Assembly: GCF_963921235.1 (NCBI RefSeq)
Contig: NC_086107.1
Coordinates: forward strand, 112,594,001 to 112,658,000
From: Mobula hypostoma
Taxonomy: Eukaryota
DNA: 64,000 nt
Direction: 5' to 3'
The notes beneath the pieces were generated by a model. It saw only the letters and a program-made list of their open reading frames with translations, had not been told where the DNA came from and searched no databases. This document shows, piece by piece, positions 52,528 through 64,000 of the stretch. A program made the translations under genes and the position numbers. Numbering within the stretch: position 1 is the first letter of the stretch; every line of letters begins with the position of its first letter.

Positions 52528-52769
52528 TAACTGAGACGCAGCCAGTCAATACACTCTCCACTACACATCTATGGATGTTTGTGAAAGCTGCATCTTTGCA
52601 GACTCTTAAGGAAGTAGAGATGCTGCCGTGCTTTCGCCGCAATAGTATTTACACGCTGGGTTCAGGACAGGTCGCTCAAAATAGTAACACCCAGGAGTCT
52701 GAAGTTGACTACCCTAATTTGCATTAAACAATGTACGGGGATAAACATCGGTGTCACGGCAGTGGAAAC

Positions 52770-53435
52770 TGAAATCAGTTTCAAACTCCTGGGAGTGCAC
52801 ATCACACACATGGTCCCTGAACACATCCTACACAGTCAGGAAAGCTCACCAATGTCTCTACTTTCTGAAGAGGCTGAAGGGAACTGGACTTTGCACATCT
52901 ATACTCACATCATTCTACAGCTGCACAGTAGAGAGCATCCTAACAAGCTGCATGGCAACAGACAGGAAGGTTCTACAACGGGAAGTGAAAACTGCCCGAT
53001 GTATCACCGTCACCAGCCAACCCACCCCACCATCAAGCACATATGTACAGAAAGGTGCCAGAAAAGGGCCAGTAACACCATGAAGGATCCCACCCACCCC
53101 ACTCACCAACTGTTTGCCCCACTCCCATCAGGGAGGAGGCTACATAGCATCCACACCAGGACCACCAGACTCAAAGTTCCTTTCCCCAAGTAGTAAGGCT
53201 GATCAACACCTCCACACCCCCAACCACCACTACTTTATCATTTCCTGTCAGTCACCTTATGCAGACACACCTGTACCTAGCATCACTTTATCAATCTATG
53301 TATATAAGCTACCTTGTGTATTTAGAATTTTTATTTCTTTATCTTTAATGGTTTTTTTGTGCTGCATCAGATCCAGAGTAACAATTATTTTGTTCACCTT
53401 ACACTTGTGTACAGGAACCATTAAACAATCTTGAA
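52770..53435 (+). mobile_element. Decayed Rex/Babar-like LINE 3' end
   Basis: FKLLGVHIT...WSLNT...RKAHQCLYFLKRLK...ESILTSC...LPSGRR. Confidence 0.75.
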
Positions 53436-56400
53436 CAACTGTCTTTTTAATTTTGCAAGTGAAACAAGTCTTTGAGTGACAGTTTGGCTTTCAAAGAGAC
53501 AAGATAGAGAAACTATTTCCCAATAAGACAATTACTACCCCTCAACCATCAGGCTCTTGAATGAGAGGGGACAACTACACTCAAATTCACTTGCCCCCAT
53601 CTTTGAGATGTTCCCACAACCAATGATCACACTTTTTAAGGACACTATCTCAGGTTCTTGTTATTTAGTGCTATTTATATCTGCATTTGCAGTTTGTTGT
53701 CGTCTGCACTCTGGTTGATCTTTCAGTGATCCTGTTATAGTTACTATTCTCTAGCTTTGCTGAATATGCCCACAGGAAAATTAATCTCGGGGCTGTACGT
53801 GGTGACATGTATACTTTGATAATAACATTTACTCTGAACTTATCCATGGATTCAGGTCCCATTAGGCATGGGTCAGGTATTCGTGCTGTACCTGCAACAT
53901 TTCAAGATCTTTGTTTTTCAAACTTTTTGCATTAGTAGATAATTTATCTGTACAGAAATTTTTATGCATTGTACAGTACAGGTGCTACAGCATATGCTAG
54001 TTGTAATAAAGCCGATTCTAATCACATGCACACTGCTGGCATTTCACAGCATCTTGGTACATGTGACGCAATGAAACAATGGCAAATCACGTGAACTCGG
54101 GTCCAAAGTTCAATTGCGCCACCAATGGACAGCACCATTGTCCGAGGTGTTGGACATCTTGATAAAGATGTTAAAATTAAACCCTTGAAGGGGTGAGGAG
54201 ATGCCTTCGATTGGACTAATATTTATCCTTCTGTGTTGCTGTAGGAGACACGCATCTGTTTTTGATCTGTATTGCATTTTGTGTTGCGCATTTAATACGG
54301 GTAGTTATTCACATGAGAAGGGGCGTAATAGAAGTGAAGAGTTTAGATTAGATTAGAGTTTGTTACGTTTAAAAAATTTTTTTTTTTTGAGATGCTGTTC
54401 AGAATAGATCCTTCCTGCCCTTTGAGCTGCCCAGCTACCACCAATTTAACCGTAGCCAAACCACAGGACAATTTACAACGACCGATTAACCTACCAATCA
54501 CCAGATCCTTGGACTGTGGGAGGAAACCAGAGCACCCAGAGGAAACCCACACGTTCACAGGGAGAAAGGACAAACTCCTTACAGACAGCGGCAGAAATTG
54601 AACCCAGGTCGCCCGTACTGTGAAGCGTCATGCTAACCACTACACTAGTATGCCACCCTCCCATTCATGCTTTGAACTTTGGGGTAGTTTAGTTTTGTGG
54701 AGAGCTAAGGGACTGAGCTAGGGGGCAGTATCTTTTTTTTTTGCTGACCACTTAATTACATTTCAAATCAGTTAAGTCTGCTTAAATACATTGAAGAAAG
54801 CTCAAGTACTTCTATTATGCTAACACTATTTTGTTATATTGCTAATTTTAGTTTCATTAGCTTTTAATTGCTTCAAGACTATTGGTCTAGTTTCTTAATA
54901 AAAGATTGAACATATTTTTTGACTTTGTTGTTCCTCTCCGTGCCTCATGGCACATCGGGCAGCAACCTTGCCGTTTCTTAGTATTTGTTTGTGCGTGTTT
55001 TTTTTAAAAAAACAAGGCCAATTGCCAGCTCAACGCTCAACCCAGCACTGATGGAAAGCGTGCAAGGAACCGGCTGGATTCGAACTCAGGACTACTTGCC
55101 TTGAGGTCCGGTGCAGATGCCACTACACCACGGGCCAGCTAATTCCTTGACTGTGGAATCTTGTTACTGGCTTGGATTGGAAACTGCATCACACAGGATC
55201 AATCCCCCCCCCCCCAACCCCCACTAGTAGCTGCTACAATCACCATTAACTGATAAGTGTCACTGAACCATAGGATCACACTTCCAACATCATAGTGACC
55301 ACACCACAAAGGCCTGACAAGTGAAGGCAGCCCCAAAGGGATGAAACTTGCTGCCAATTTCATGAGGATATTTCTTCTCAAAAATATCAGCTGGTTTTGG
55401 GGTAGAAGAGACACGAGCTCCAGCTTCCACCGGTACCAAGGATTCAGATCTTTACCGTAAATTCCTCTTTAGCGTCAGTGAATTCAAAAAGGAGGTGGCA
55501 GGCACGAGAAAACAAGTTGCAGGGAAAATGGTAGAGATAGGATTGCCAGGATGGGTCAAACTGCCTCTTGAACCACAATAGGTTGCATCACATTCCAACG
55601 TATGCTGCATGTGCCAACTTACAAGAAACTACGCAGTTCTCACAAAATATTCTATATAAAATAGAAACTCAGAAATTCAGTAACTGAACACAAACCTCAT
55701 TTTATTCTTAGTTTAAATACAAAGGTTCTTTTTATTGTTATTACCTTCAGGAGGACCACAACCTTGCCATGGTTTGGGAATGTGTACCTCAATGACCCGG
55801 AGAACTAGTCAGGACTTCATGCTTCGGCTCTTGGTCGGGTCACCCATGCCAAACAGGTCAAAGGGCAGAGGCCAGACTAAGAGCGACCCACCGGTCCTGC
55901 GGGTTCGGGGGTTCAGCTCAGGGCTAACAACCCTGACTGGTCAAACAATTGTTATGGAAGCAGCAATGAAGAATTCTTATACATCTGAATACAACAGTAT
56001 TCCTGAGTCTCCACTCTCAGCCACGCAAGGCCAGAGTGAAAACTGAGAGGAAGCCACTGGCCCAATGAAGGAAGCCGTGGACACCGCCAGAGAAGGAGGA
56101 CCTTCACTGCTGCCCTAAACACCAGCAGCGTAACATGAGAAGTAAGTAGTCTTTTGATTAAGTGAGAATATTATATCACAAGCTCTTTCTCTGTGGATGT
56201 TACAATCAAATCAGAGGGTTAAAACGATTACAGGCAAAGATATTACATGGTGGAGGAGTGATAGATGGCAGATCTAGGAACTAATTATATTAAAAAAAAA
56301 TCACTCTGAATTCCCATTGAGTGGCAAAATTGTCGAACTCACCCACTGCTCTAGATTCCAAAACCTGCAGTCTTGTGTGGTAGTCCATAAATTTAAAGCA

Positions 56401-56756
56401 GAGGTCGTTAGGTTCTTGATGAGCAAGGGCAAAGATTACAGGGAGAAGGCAGGAAAATGGGGTTGACGGGGATAACAGGTCAGCTGTGATGAAATGGTGG
56501 AGCAAACCGATAGGCTGAATGGACAAATTCTGCTCGTGTCCGAGGGTCACTGGAGGGGAATGGGGCAAAAGTAGATTTCGAAAGCTGGATAAGGATGCGA
56601 GGATGAGACAGTGAGTATACAGAGGGGTGGAAGGCAAAGTTTAAAACACCAGCAATGACTTAATGACTTGGGCTGCCCATGTTGAAGACTTCCAGCTTTT
56701 TTCTTCAACCAGCTTCAACTGGTACTACGATTATCTATTCCACAAGTGAAATGTTA

Positions 56757-56858
56757 TTAGTGCTCGTCCAAAACAAACAAGGTACTTAAATTAGTGCTCG
56801 TCCAAAACAAACAAGGTACTTAAATTAGTGCTCGTCCAAAACAAACAAGGTACTTAAA
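56757..56858. repeat. Perfect 34-bp x3 tandem repeat
   Basis: TTAGTGCTCGTCCAAAACAAACAAGGTACTTAAA three times. Confidence 0.97.
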
Positions 56859-57809
56859 TTGGATGAGAGCCCTTGAAAACTTCCCTCCAAACCCAAACAG
56901 GGGGTCAATGACAGGAAAAAAGGCAGACACAGAAATGGTCCATTGACCCAGGGACAGAGGACAGCGCAGATTATTGCAAGTCCTGGATAATTTCAGATAC
57001 AAAAAGGGAACTTACTGAGAAAGCTTCGTCTGCTTACAGGCAGCCACAAATTGAGGTATAATTTATACATTCTTTGACAATAAATGTGTTTTGAATCTTT
57101 GACTTTTGAAAAATGAATTTTTCCCTCATCCTCGGGAGGAATTTTAATCATTCCCAAACCATGCACAGTGTACATCACTTCAACCTTTGTTTTGGAAGCC
57201 ACATTGAGCAGTCTGCAGTAAACTTCAGAAAGTGTTACTCTACGAGACCAAACTGCTATGTCCATCTTGATCTTACCATTATGGTGCCTCACCCCAAAAA
57301 TCCATTGCACCTAAGGAAGGATAAAGTGGGCATAGCTTGATACTGAAGGAGAGGTACACACAAGAGCTCAACAGCCTAATATGTTCCAGGGATTCAAATG
57401 TCTGAGCTAGCCAGGGCAAGTGGGTGGGTGAGATTACCACCTTGCTTCATGAGGACTTGGGCAGAATGAGGAAGGTAGAGGTGTCAAATTCATCAACTCC
57501 AACTTAATCAAGTTCACCATGCTTCAAGGAGAAAGCCTCTCACTTCTAATAAAGCGGGAACAGGAGGTTAGGAGGGAGCAGGGGGTGTTTCATACAAGAG
57601 CAGGCAATCTATCCAGAAGTGCCTTCAACATCAAACCCAAGAATAACATGGCCGCCTGGAATCAGCTCTCTGACACTGGGTTTAGGTAGGGGTTCTAACC
57701 AGGGCGATAGGGCTCACGGAGGTGCGGGGTTAGGGTTGAGCTACAGACAGCCTGATAATCAGGGACACGCACGGAAAACAGCAAATAGTCTCAGATTCTG
57801 GAGAACGCT

Positions 57810-57971
<162 letters not shown>

Positions 57972-58035
57972 CTAGGGAATGAAGAGATTAGAAGTTAACT
58001 ATCTGTGTATACCACAGAGGTTCCCAACCTTTACA

Positions 58036-59215
58036 TTGAACATAGAATAGTACAGCACAGTACAGGCCCTTCAGCCCACAATGTTGTGCCAACCCTCAAA
58101 CCCTGCCTCCCATATAAGCCCCCACCTTAAATTCCTCCATATACCTGTCTAGTAGTCTCTTAAACTTCACTAGTGTATCTGCCTCCACCACTGACTCAGG
58201 CAGCGCATTCCACACACCAACCAATCTCTGAGTAAAAAACCTTCCTCTAATATCCCCCTTGAACTTCCCACCCCTTACCTTAAAGCTATGTCCTCTTGTA
58301 TTGAGCAGTGGTGCCCTGGGGAAGAGGCGCTGGCTATCCACTCTATCTATTCCTCTTATTATCTTGTACACCTCTATCATGTCTCCTCTCATCCTCCTCC
58401 TCTCCAAAGAGTAAAGCCCTAGCTCCCTTAATCTCTGATCATAATGCATACTTTCTAAACCAGGTAGCATCCTGGTAAATCTCCTCTGTACCCTTTCCAA
58501 TGTTTCCACATCCTTCCTATAGTGTGGTGACCAGAACTGAACACAGTACTCCAAGTGTGGACTAACCAGAGTTTTATACAGCTGCATCATTACATCACAA
58601 ATCTTAAACTCTATCCCTCGACTTATGAAAGCTAACACCCCATAAGGTTTCTTAACTACCCTATCCACCTGTGAGGCAACTTTTAGGGATCTGTGGACAT
58701 GTACCCCCAGATCCCTCTGCTCCTCCACACTACCAAGTATCCTGCCATTTAGTTTGTACTCTGCCTTGGAGTTTGTCCTTCCAAAGTGTACCACCTCACA
58801 CTTCTCCAGGTTGAACTCCATCTGCCACTTCTCAGCCCATTTCTGCATCCTATTAATGTCTCTCTCAATCTTTGATAATCTTCTACACTATCTACAACAC
58901 CACCAACCTTTGTGTCGTCTGCAAACTTGCCAACCCACCCTTCTACCCCCACATCCAGGTCGTTAATAAAAATCACGAAAAGTAGAGGTCCCAGAACAGA
59001 TCCTTGTGGGACACCACTAGTCACAATCCTCCAATCTGAATGCACTCCCTCCACCACTACCCTCTGCCTTCTACAGGCAAGCCAATTCTGAATCCACCTG
59101 GCCAAACTTCCCTGGATCCCATGCCTTCTAACTTTCTGAATAAGCCTACCGTGTGGAACCTTGTGAAATGCCTTACTAAAATCCATACAGATCACATCCA
59201 CTGCACTACCCTCAT
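58036..59215 (-). mobile_element. CR1 LINE, 5'-truncated, in the last protease intron
   Basis: Close match to the 3' part of the 35529-38579 copy; 13-bp direct repeat CCCAACCTTTACA at 58023-58035 and 59338-59350. Confidence 0.93.
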
Positions 59216-60994
59216 TCACCCTTACCATTAACTGGAAACCCCTGGCCCACAGCAAGTCCAAAAGACAGATTGTGGATATTAAAGAATTCAACCTCAGCTC
59301 AGAAGAGGTAGAAACCAAACAACCCACTGCTATATGACCCAACCTTTACAGGGATCTGCGTTTTATAATGCTAAAATGGACACAAAGACATCTCCACTTG
59401 AACTCTACTCATGCACCAATTAATCCATTTCAAGAGCAGGTCACAAAATCCACTAAGGAGAACCACAGAACTTCGCTACCCAGCAAGAACCTGGGACTTG
59501 ATCCCAAAGGGCACAATTCAAAGAGCATTTATAATGAAAGAGTGGGTATATTATACAACCTTGAGATTTGTTTACCTACAGGTAGCCACGAAGCAAGGAA
59601 CCTGAAAGAATCCAATTTTAAAAGACCAACCCCTAACCCTCCCTGCACACAAAGAAAAAAAAAACACAAACCATGCGAACAATAGAAGTGAACAACAGCA
59701 TCCTGAACCAAATTGAGTCATTAGATCCAAATCCCCAGAGCAGGCCCAAAGCCTTGGTGTTCATCATATTAGTGGGACAAAACGCTGCAAAGTTCCTAGG
59801 CACGAAGCGCAGCGGTCGGGGATGGTCTCCACGACGACAAGGCTGTGAGACTGCCCTTGGCTGCTGTGCTTTGTGTATTGGATTGAAAACAGGCAGATGT
59901 AGGTGGAAGCTGGACAAAACGGGGGTAAAAATGGGGCAATTGGGATGGGGAGGGTGGCAGAACACTTGAGCCCAAGTGGCTACTTGCTGAGCAGCAACAC
60001 GAGCAGAAGGGTCAACATAACCCCTCCACGACAGATTAGAGTGCTCCACATCTGTACACAGATCTTACAGGATGGGGCAATAGATTAAACCTCTGCTGTT
60101 TCCCATCCACAGATTTTAGTCAGAACAACCTAACCTGGTAGCTAAACGCAAAGGCCCAGAGGACAACCTGTGAATCGCAGACCAATGATGTCATGGAAAA
60201 TTTTATTGGTACTCGATATCAGAGAGATTGAGGGTTGGGTGTAGGTGGGCACAGGGTCACCCAGTCACAGCTATTGGACCCAAGTTCAAGCTATGTCAAG
60301 AGCAGGGGGCGTGCATGGCAAGTAGGCTCCAGAGAGGCGAGTCGACCCTTAACCCAGCAACAAGGGTCTCAGAGGGCAGCACTTCATTCACCTTCAAGTT
60401 CTGTGGCTCAGACAGATTATCTCACCCTGGAGATGGGCCTTTTGGCTCATTGGGTCCAAGTGATCAGCCACACACTCATACCAATCCTACACCAGTTCTA
60501 TTAAATTCTTTCCTCCTTCCCATCACCTCCCTGCCCCCAGATTCCAGAACTAGTCGTAGTGCGATCACTCGAGTCGAGTACGATGACCTCCTAAGGGGTT
60601 GCCAGTTAGTGGGTCCTCAGATAGCTGCAGCTGGCCGGAGGGTCTAGTGGAATCAGCACTGGACTTTGATTGATGCGAGTGGTCCCAGGTTCTAATCTGG
60701 CTGGCTCCTTGCACATGGCAAGAACAAGCCATTTTAAATGAAACAGCTGTTTTGTTTGGGGGATCTTGCTGTACAAAAATACCAACACAGGATTGTCGTC
60801 TCAAGTAGCGACTTGCTGGAGCTGAGGCACCTTGTACTTTAATAAGACAAGTTGGGAAATAACAGCTAGAAATGGAACGCGTCCCATTCCCAGAGCTATT
60901 TAGTGCTCATCTTAATCAGAACGGCAGAGAGAAAAAAAAAGCAGCAAAAATTAAGCCACGTGGCCACAGGCAATTAACTGGCCAGCTGCCTCAC

Positions 60995-61093
60995 CTTCAT
61001 CACGTAATCCTCCCCAGTCAGCAAGAAATCCTTGCCTCCCAGCGTGAAGGTGATAGCGGGGAGAGTCGGAATCTTGGCACAGTCGATCATGTA
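60995..61093 (-). CDS. NAPSA: Napsin A / cathepsin D-like protease, penultimate exon (99 nt)
   Basis: YMIDCAKIPTLPAITFTLGGKDFLLTGEDYVMK between a CAG acceptor and AAG|GTGAGG; phase 0-0. Confidence 0.87.
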
Positions 61094-61699
61094 CTGTCGA
61101 TGGAAAGGGAACAAAACATCAGTGCAAACTTTTACAAAGAATTGTGTGCCGACAGTCAGCACCTCAGCACATCCCTTGTTCAATAAGGCACTTGTTCTAC
61201 CAGTCTCCGCTGCAGCCAAACCCAGCACCAACTTCCGAAAGCAGCAAGCAAGTAAAATTACTAAGTATGTATGCGTCACCATACACCATCCTGAGATGCA
61301 TTTCCGTGCAGGCATTCACAGTAACATAATATAATCAATGAAAAACTTTCACATAATGAAGACAGACATACAACCAATCTACAAATAAAAATTATGAAAG
61401 TAATGAATATTGAAAGCAAATCCATAGGTTGTACAATCAGTTCAGTGCTGAGGTGAGTGACATTATCCTCTCTGATGACTGTAGGGTAATAATGGCTCCC
61501 AAACCTGGTGGTGTGGGACCCCGGCACTGCCCACCCCAAGAGGCTCCTGAACTTCCTTCCCATTGACAGCACTAGGACTAGCCATTGAGTTGGAGACGAC
61601 CCAAACACAATACAAGGGGTTGCTCCTCCACCCTGATGGTGCCCTCATCTGGGAGGTCATGGACTGACATCAAAATGGGAATACCCAGCAAGGCTCAGA

Positions 61700-62500
61700 T
61701 AGTCATACTTTATCAATCCCGGGGGAAATTGGTTTTCGTTACAGTTGCACCATAAATAAATAGTAATAAAACCATAAATAGTAATATGTAAATTATGCCA
61801 GTAAATTATGAAATAAGTCCAGGACCAGCCTATGGGCTCAGTGTGTCTGACCCTCCAAGGGAGGAGTTGTAAAGTTTGATGGCCACAGGCAGGAATGACT
61901 TCCTATGACGCTCAGTGCTGCATCTCGGTGGGATGAGTCTCTGGCTGAATGTACTCCTGTGCCGAACTAGTACATTATGTAGTGGATGGGAGACAATGAC
62001 CAAGATGGCATGCAACTTAGACAACATCCTCTTTTCAGACACCACCGCCGGAGAGTCCAGTTCCATCCCCACAACATCACTGGCCTTACGAATGAGTTTG
62101 TTGATTCTGTTGGTGTCTGCTATCCTCAGCCTGCTGCCCCAGCACACAACAGCAAACATGATAGTACTGGCCACCACAGACTCGTAGAACATCCTCAGCA
62201 TCGTCTGGCAGATGTTAAAGGACCTCAGTCTCCTCAGGAAATAGAGACGGCTCTGACCCTTCTTGTAGACAGCCTCAGTGTTCTTCAACCAGTCCAGTTT
62301 ATTCGTATCCCCAGGTATTTGTAATCCTCCACCATGTCCACACTGACCCCCCGGATGGAAACAGGGGTCACCGGTGCCTTAGCTCTCCTCAGGTCTACCA
62401 CCAGCTCCTTAGTCTTTTTCACATTAAGCTGCAGATAATTCTGTTCACACCATGTGACAAAGTTTCCTACCGTAGCCCTGTACTCAGCCTCATCTCCCTT
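61700..62500 (-). mobile_element. Rex1/Babar-like LINE 3' part
   Basis: WCEQNYLQLNVKKTKELVVD, YKYLG, KKGQSRLYFLRRLRSF. Confidence 0.85.
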
Positions 62501-62689
62501 GCTGAAGAAACTGATAAAGAAACAGACAAAGATTTTAGCAACAGCTGAGGTGAGGCTGCAGTGGAACCTCAAGCCTTGCTGATTCTGGTACTAATCTGCA
62601 CCACAGGAAACAGATCTTGCTCAATAACGTGGATGTGGAAGCTCTAGAGAGGGTACAGAGGAGACTTACCAGGATTGCTGCCTGGATTA

Positions 62690-63135
62690 GACACCAACAG
62701 AATCAACAAACTCATTCGTAAGGCCAGTGATGTTGTGGGGATGGAACTGGACTCTCTGACGGTGGTGTCTGAAAAGAGGATGCTGTCCAAGTTGCATGCC
62801 ATCTTGGACAATGTCTCCCATCCACTACATAATGTACTGGGTGGGCACAGGAGTACATTCAGCCAGAGACTCATTCCACCGAGATGCAACACTGAGCGTC
62901 ATAGGAAGTCATTCCTGCTTGTGGCCATCAAACTTTACAACTCCTCCCTTGGAGGGTCAGACACCCTGAGCCAATAGGCTGGCCCTGGACTTATTTCCTG
63001 ACATAATTTACATATTACTATTTAACTATTTATGGTTTTATATTGCTATTTATACTCTATTCTTGGTTGGTGCAACTGTAACAAAACCCAATTTCCCTCA
63101 GGATTAATAAAGTATGTCTGTCTGTCTATCTATCA
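62690..63135 (+). mobile_element. Rex1/Babar-like LINE 3' end inserted in an old CR1
   Basis: DTNRINKLIRKASDVVG...; (TGTC)n tail; CR1 sequence on both sides. Confidence 0.8.
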
Positions 63136-63615
63136 GAGAGCATGTCTTACAAGGATAGGTTGAAGAAGTTAGGGCTTCTCATTTCAGCAAGAGAGAATGA
63201 GAAATGACTTGAAAGATGTACATGATAAGATGCTCAGATAGGGTGGATAGCCAGGAGATTTGTTTTCCCCTAGGGCAGAAATTGCTAATACGAGGGGGCA
63301 TAGTTTTGAAGGTAATTGGAAGTATCGGAGAATGTCAGAGGCAAGTTCTTTACACAGAATGGTGAGTGCATGGACACCCTGCCAGGGGTAGTGGTAGAAG
63401 TAACATGGATGACTGAAAATGGAGGGTTATGTCAGAGCGAAGGGGTAGAGTGAACTTAGTAAGTTAAAGGGTTGGCACAACATCGTGTGCCAAAGGGTCT
63501 GTATTGTGCTGTAGTGTTGTTCTAATGCTCCTACAGATCATGATTCACTATAGCAAAGTTGCCAAGTAAACACAATTATTCATTGTCCAACTTAATGTAA
63601 GAGGGCTCCACGTAC

Positions 63616-63760
63616 CTCTCCCCCAAAGATGGGCAGTGCACCAATGGCCTTCTGAAGGGCTTCGATCTCTTGCACAGGCCCAACAATGAGCGATGTTCCT
63701 GTGTCCACTATCGCCTGGCAGCCTCCCTTGCACAGGGTCAGCTGGCTGCCTACGGATACC
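63616..63760 (-). CDS. NAPSA: Napsin A / cathepsin D-like protease exon (145 nt) with the second catalytic DTG motif; earlier exons lie beyond the right edge
   Basis: [48 protein letters not shown]; acceptor TTTCCATGCAG, donor GAG|GTACGT. Confidence 0.9.
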
Positions 63761-64000
63761 CTGCATGGAAACAGCAAAAATAAAAGTACAGGAATGAGAG
63801 ATTTTCGTTCAACATGGCCAAAGAAATTTGCTTAAAATTTTCTCCAAGGCAACAAATTTTCCACTATCCAGCCATTTGGCAGTTTGGTCACAGGGAAGAC
63901 ATGCAAATTCCATGCAGCCAGCATCTGAAGTCAGGTTTGAACCCAAGTTGCCAGGGCAATGAGGCAGCAGCTGTATTACTTTAAGTCATAGGAGCAAGTT

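Overview
Vertebrate nuclear DNA, most likely from a cartilaginous fish (shark or ray), judging by its HE1/V-type tRNA SINEs, abundant CR1 LINE fragments, Penelope-like palindromic repeats and Rex/Babar-like LINE ends. Two host genes lie on the minus strand, tail to head. (1) The last three coding exons (63616-63760, 60995-61093, 57810-57971) of a cathepsin D-like aspartic protease, best called napsin A by its position next to KCNC3. (2) The first coding exon (28017-28616) of the Kv3 potassium channel KCNC3; I found no canonical exon 2 below it, so 1-28016 is read as its long intron. Most remaining sequence is decayed or nested mobile elements (CR1, Rex/Babar-like, RTE, Penelope-like, SINEs, Chapaev3, Tc1, a hAT-like element) and tandem repeats. 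The most interesting signals concern Kv3.3 N-terminal diversity: a Kv3.4-like inactivation ball with a weak first and strong second start codon, and two short stop-free, phase-0 exon candidates hidden in the intron (24710-24844 and 19158-19250). I found no evidence for a prokaryotic-type system. Repeat boundaries are approximate and family names come from recognised motifs, not database searches.
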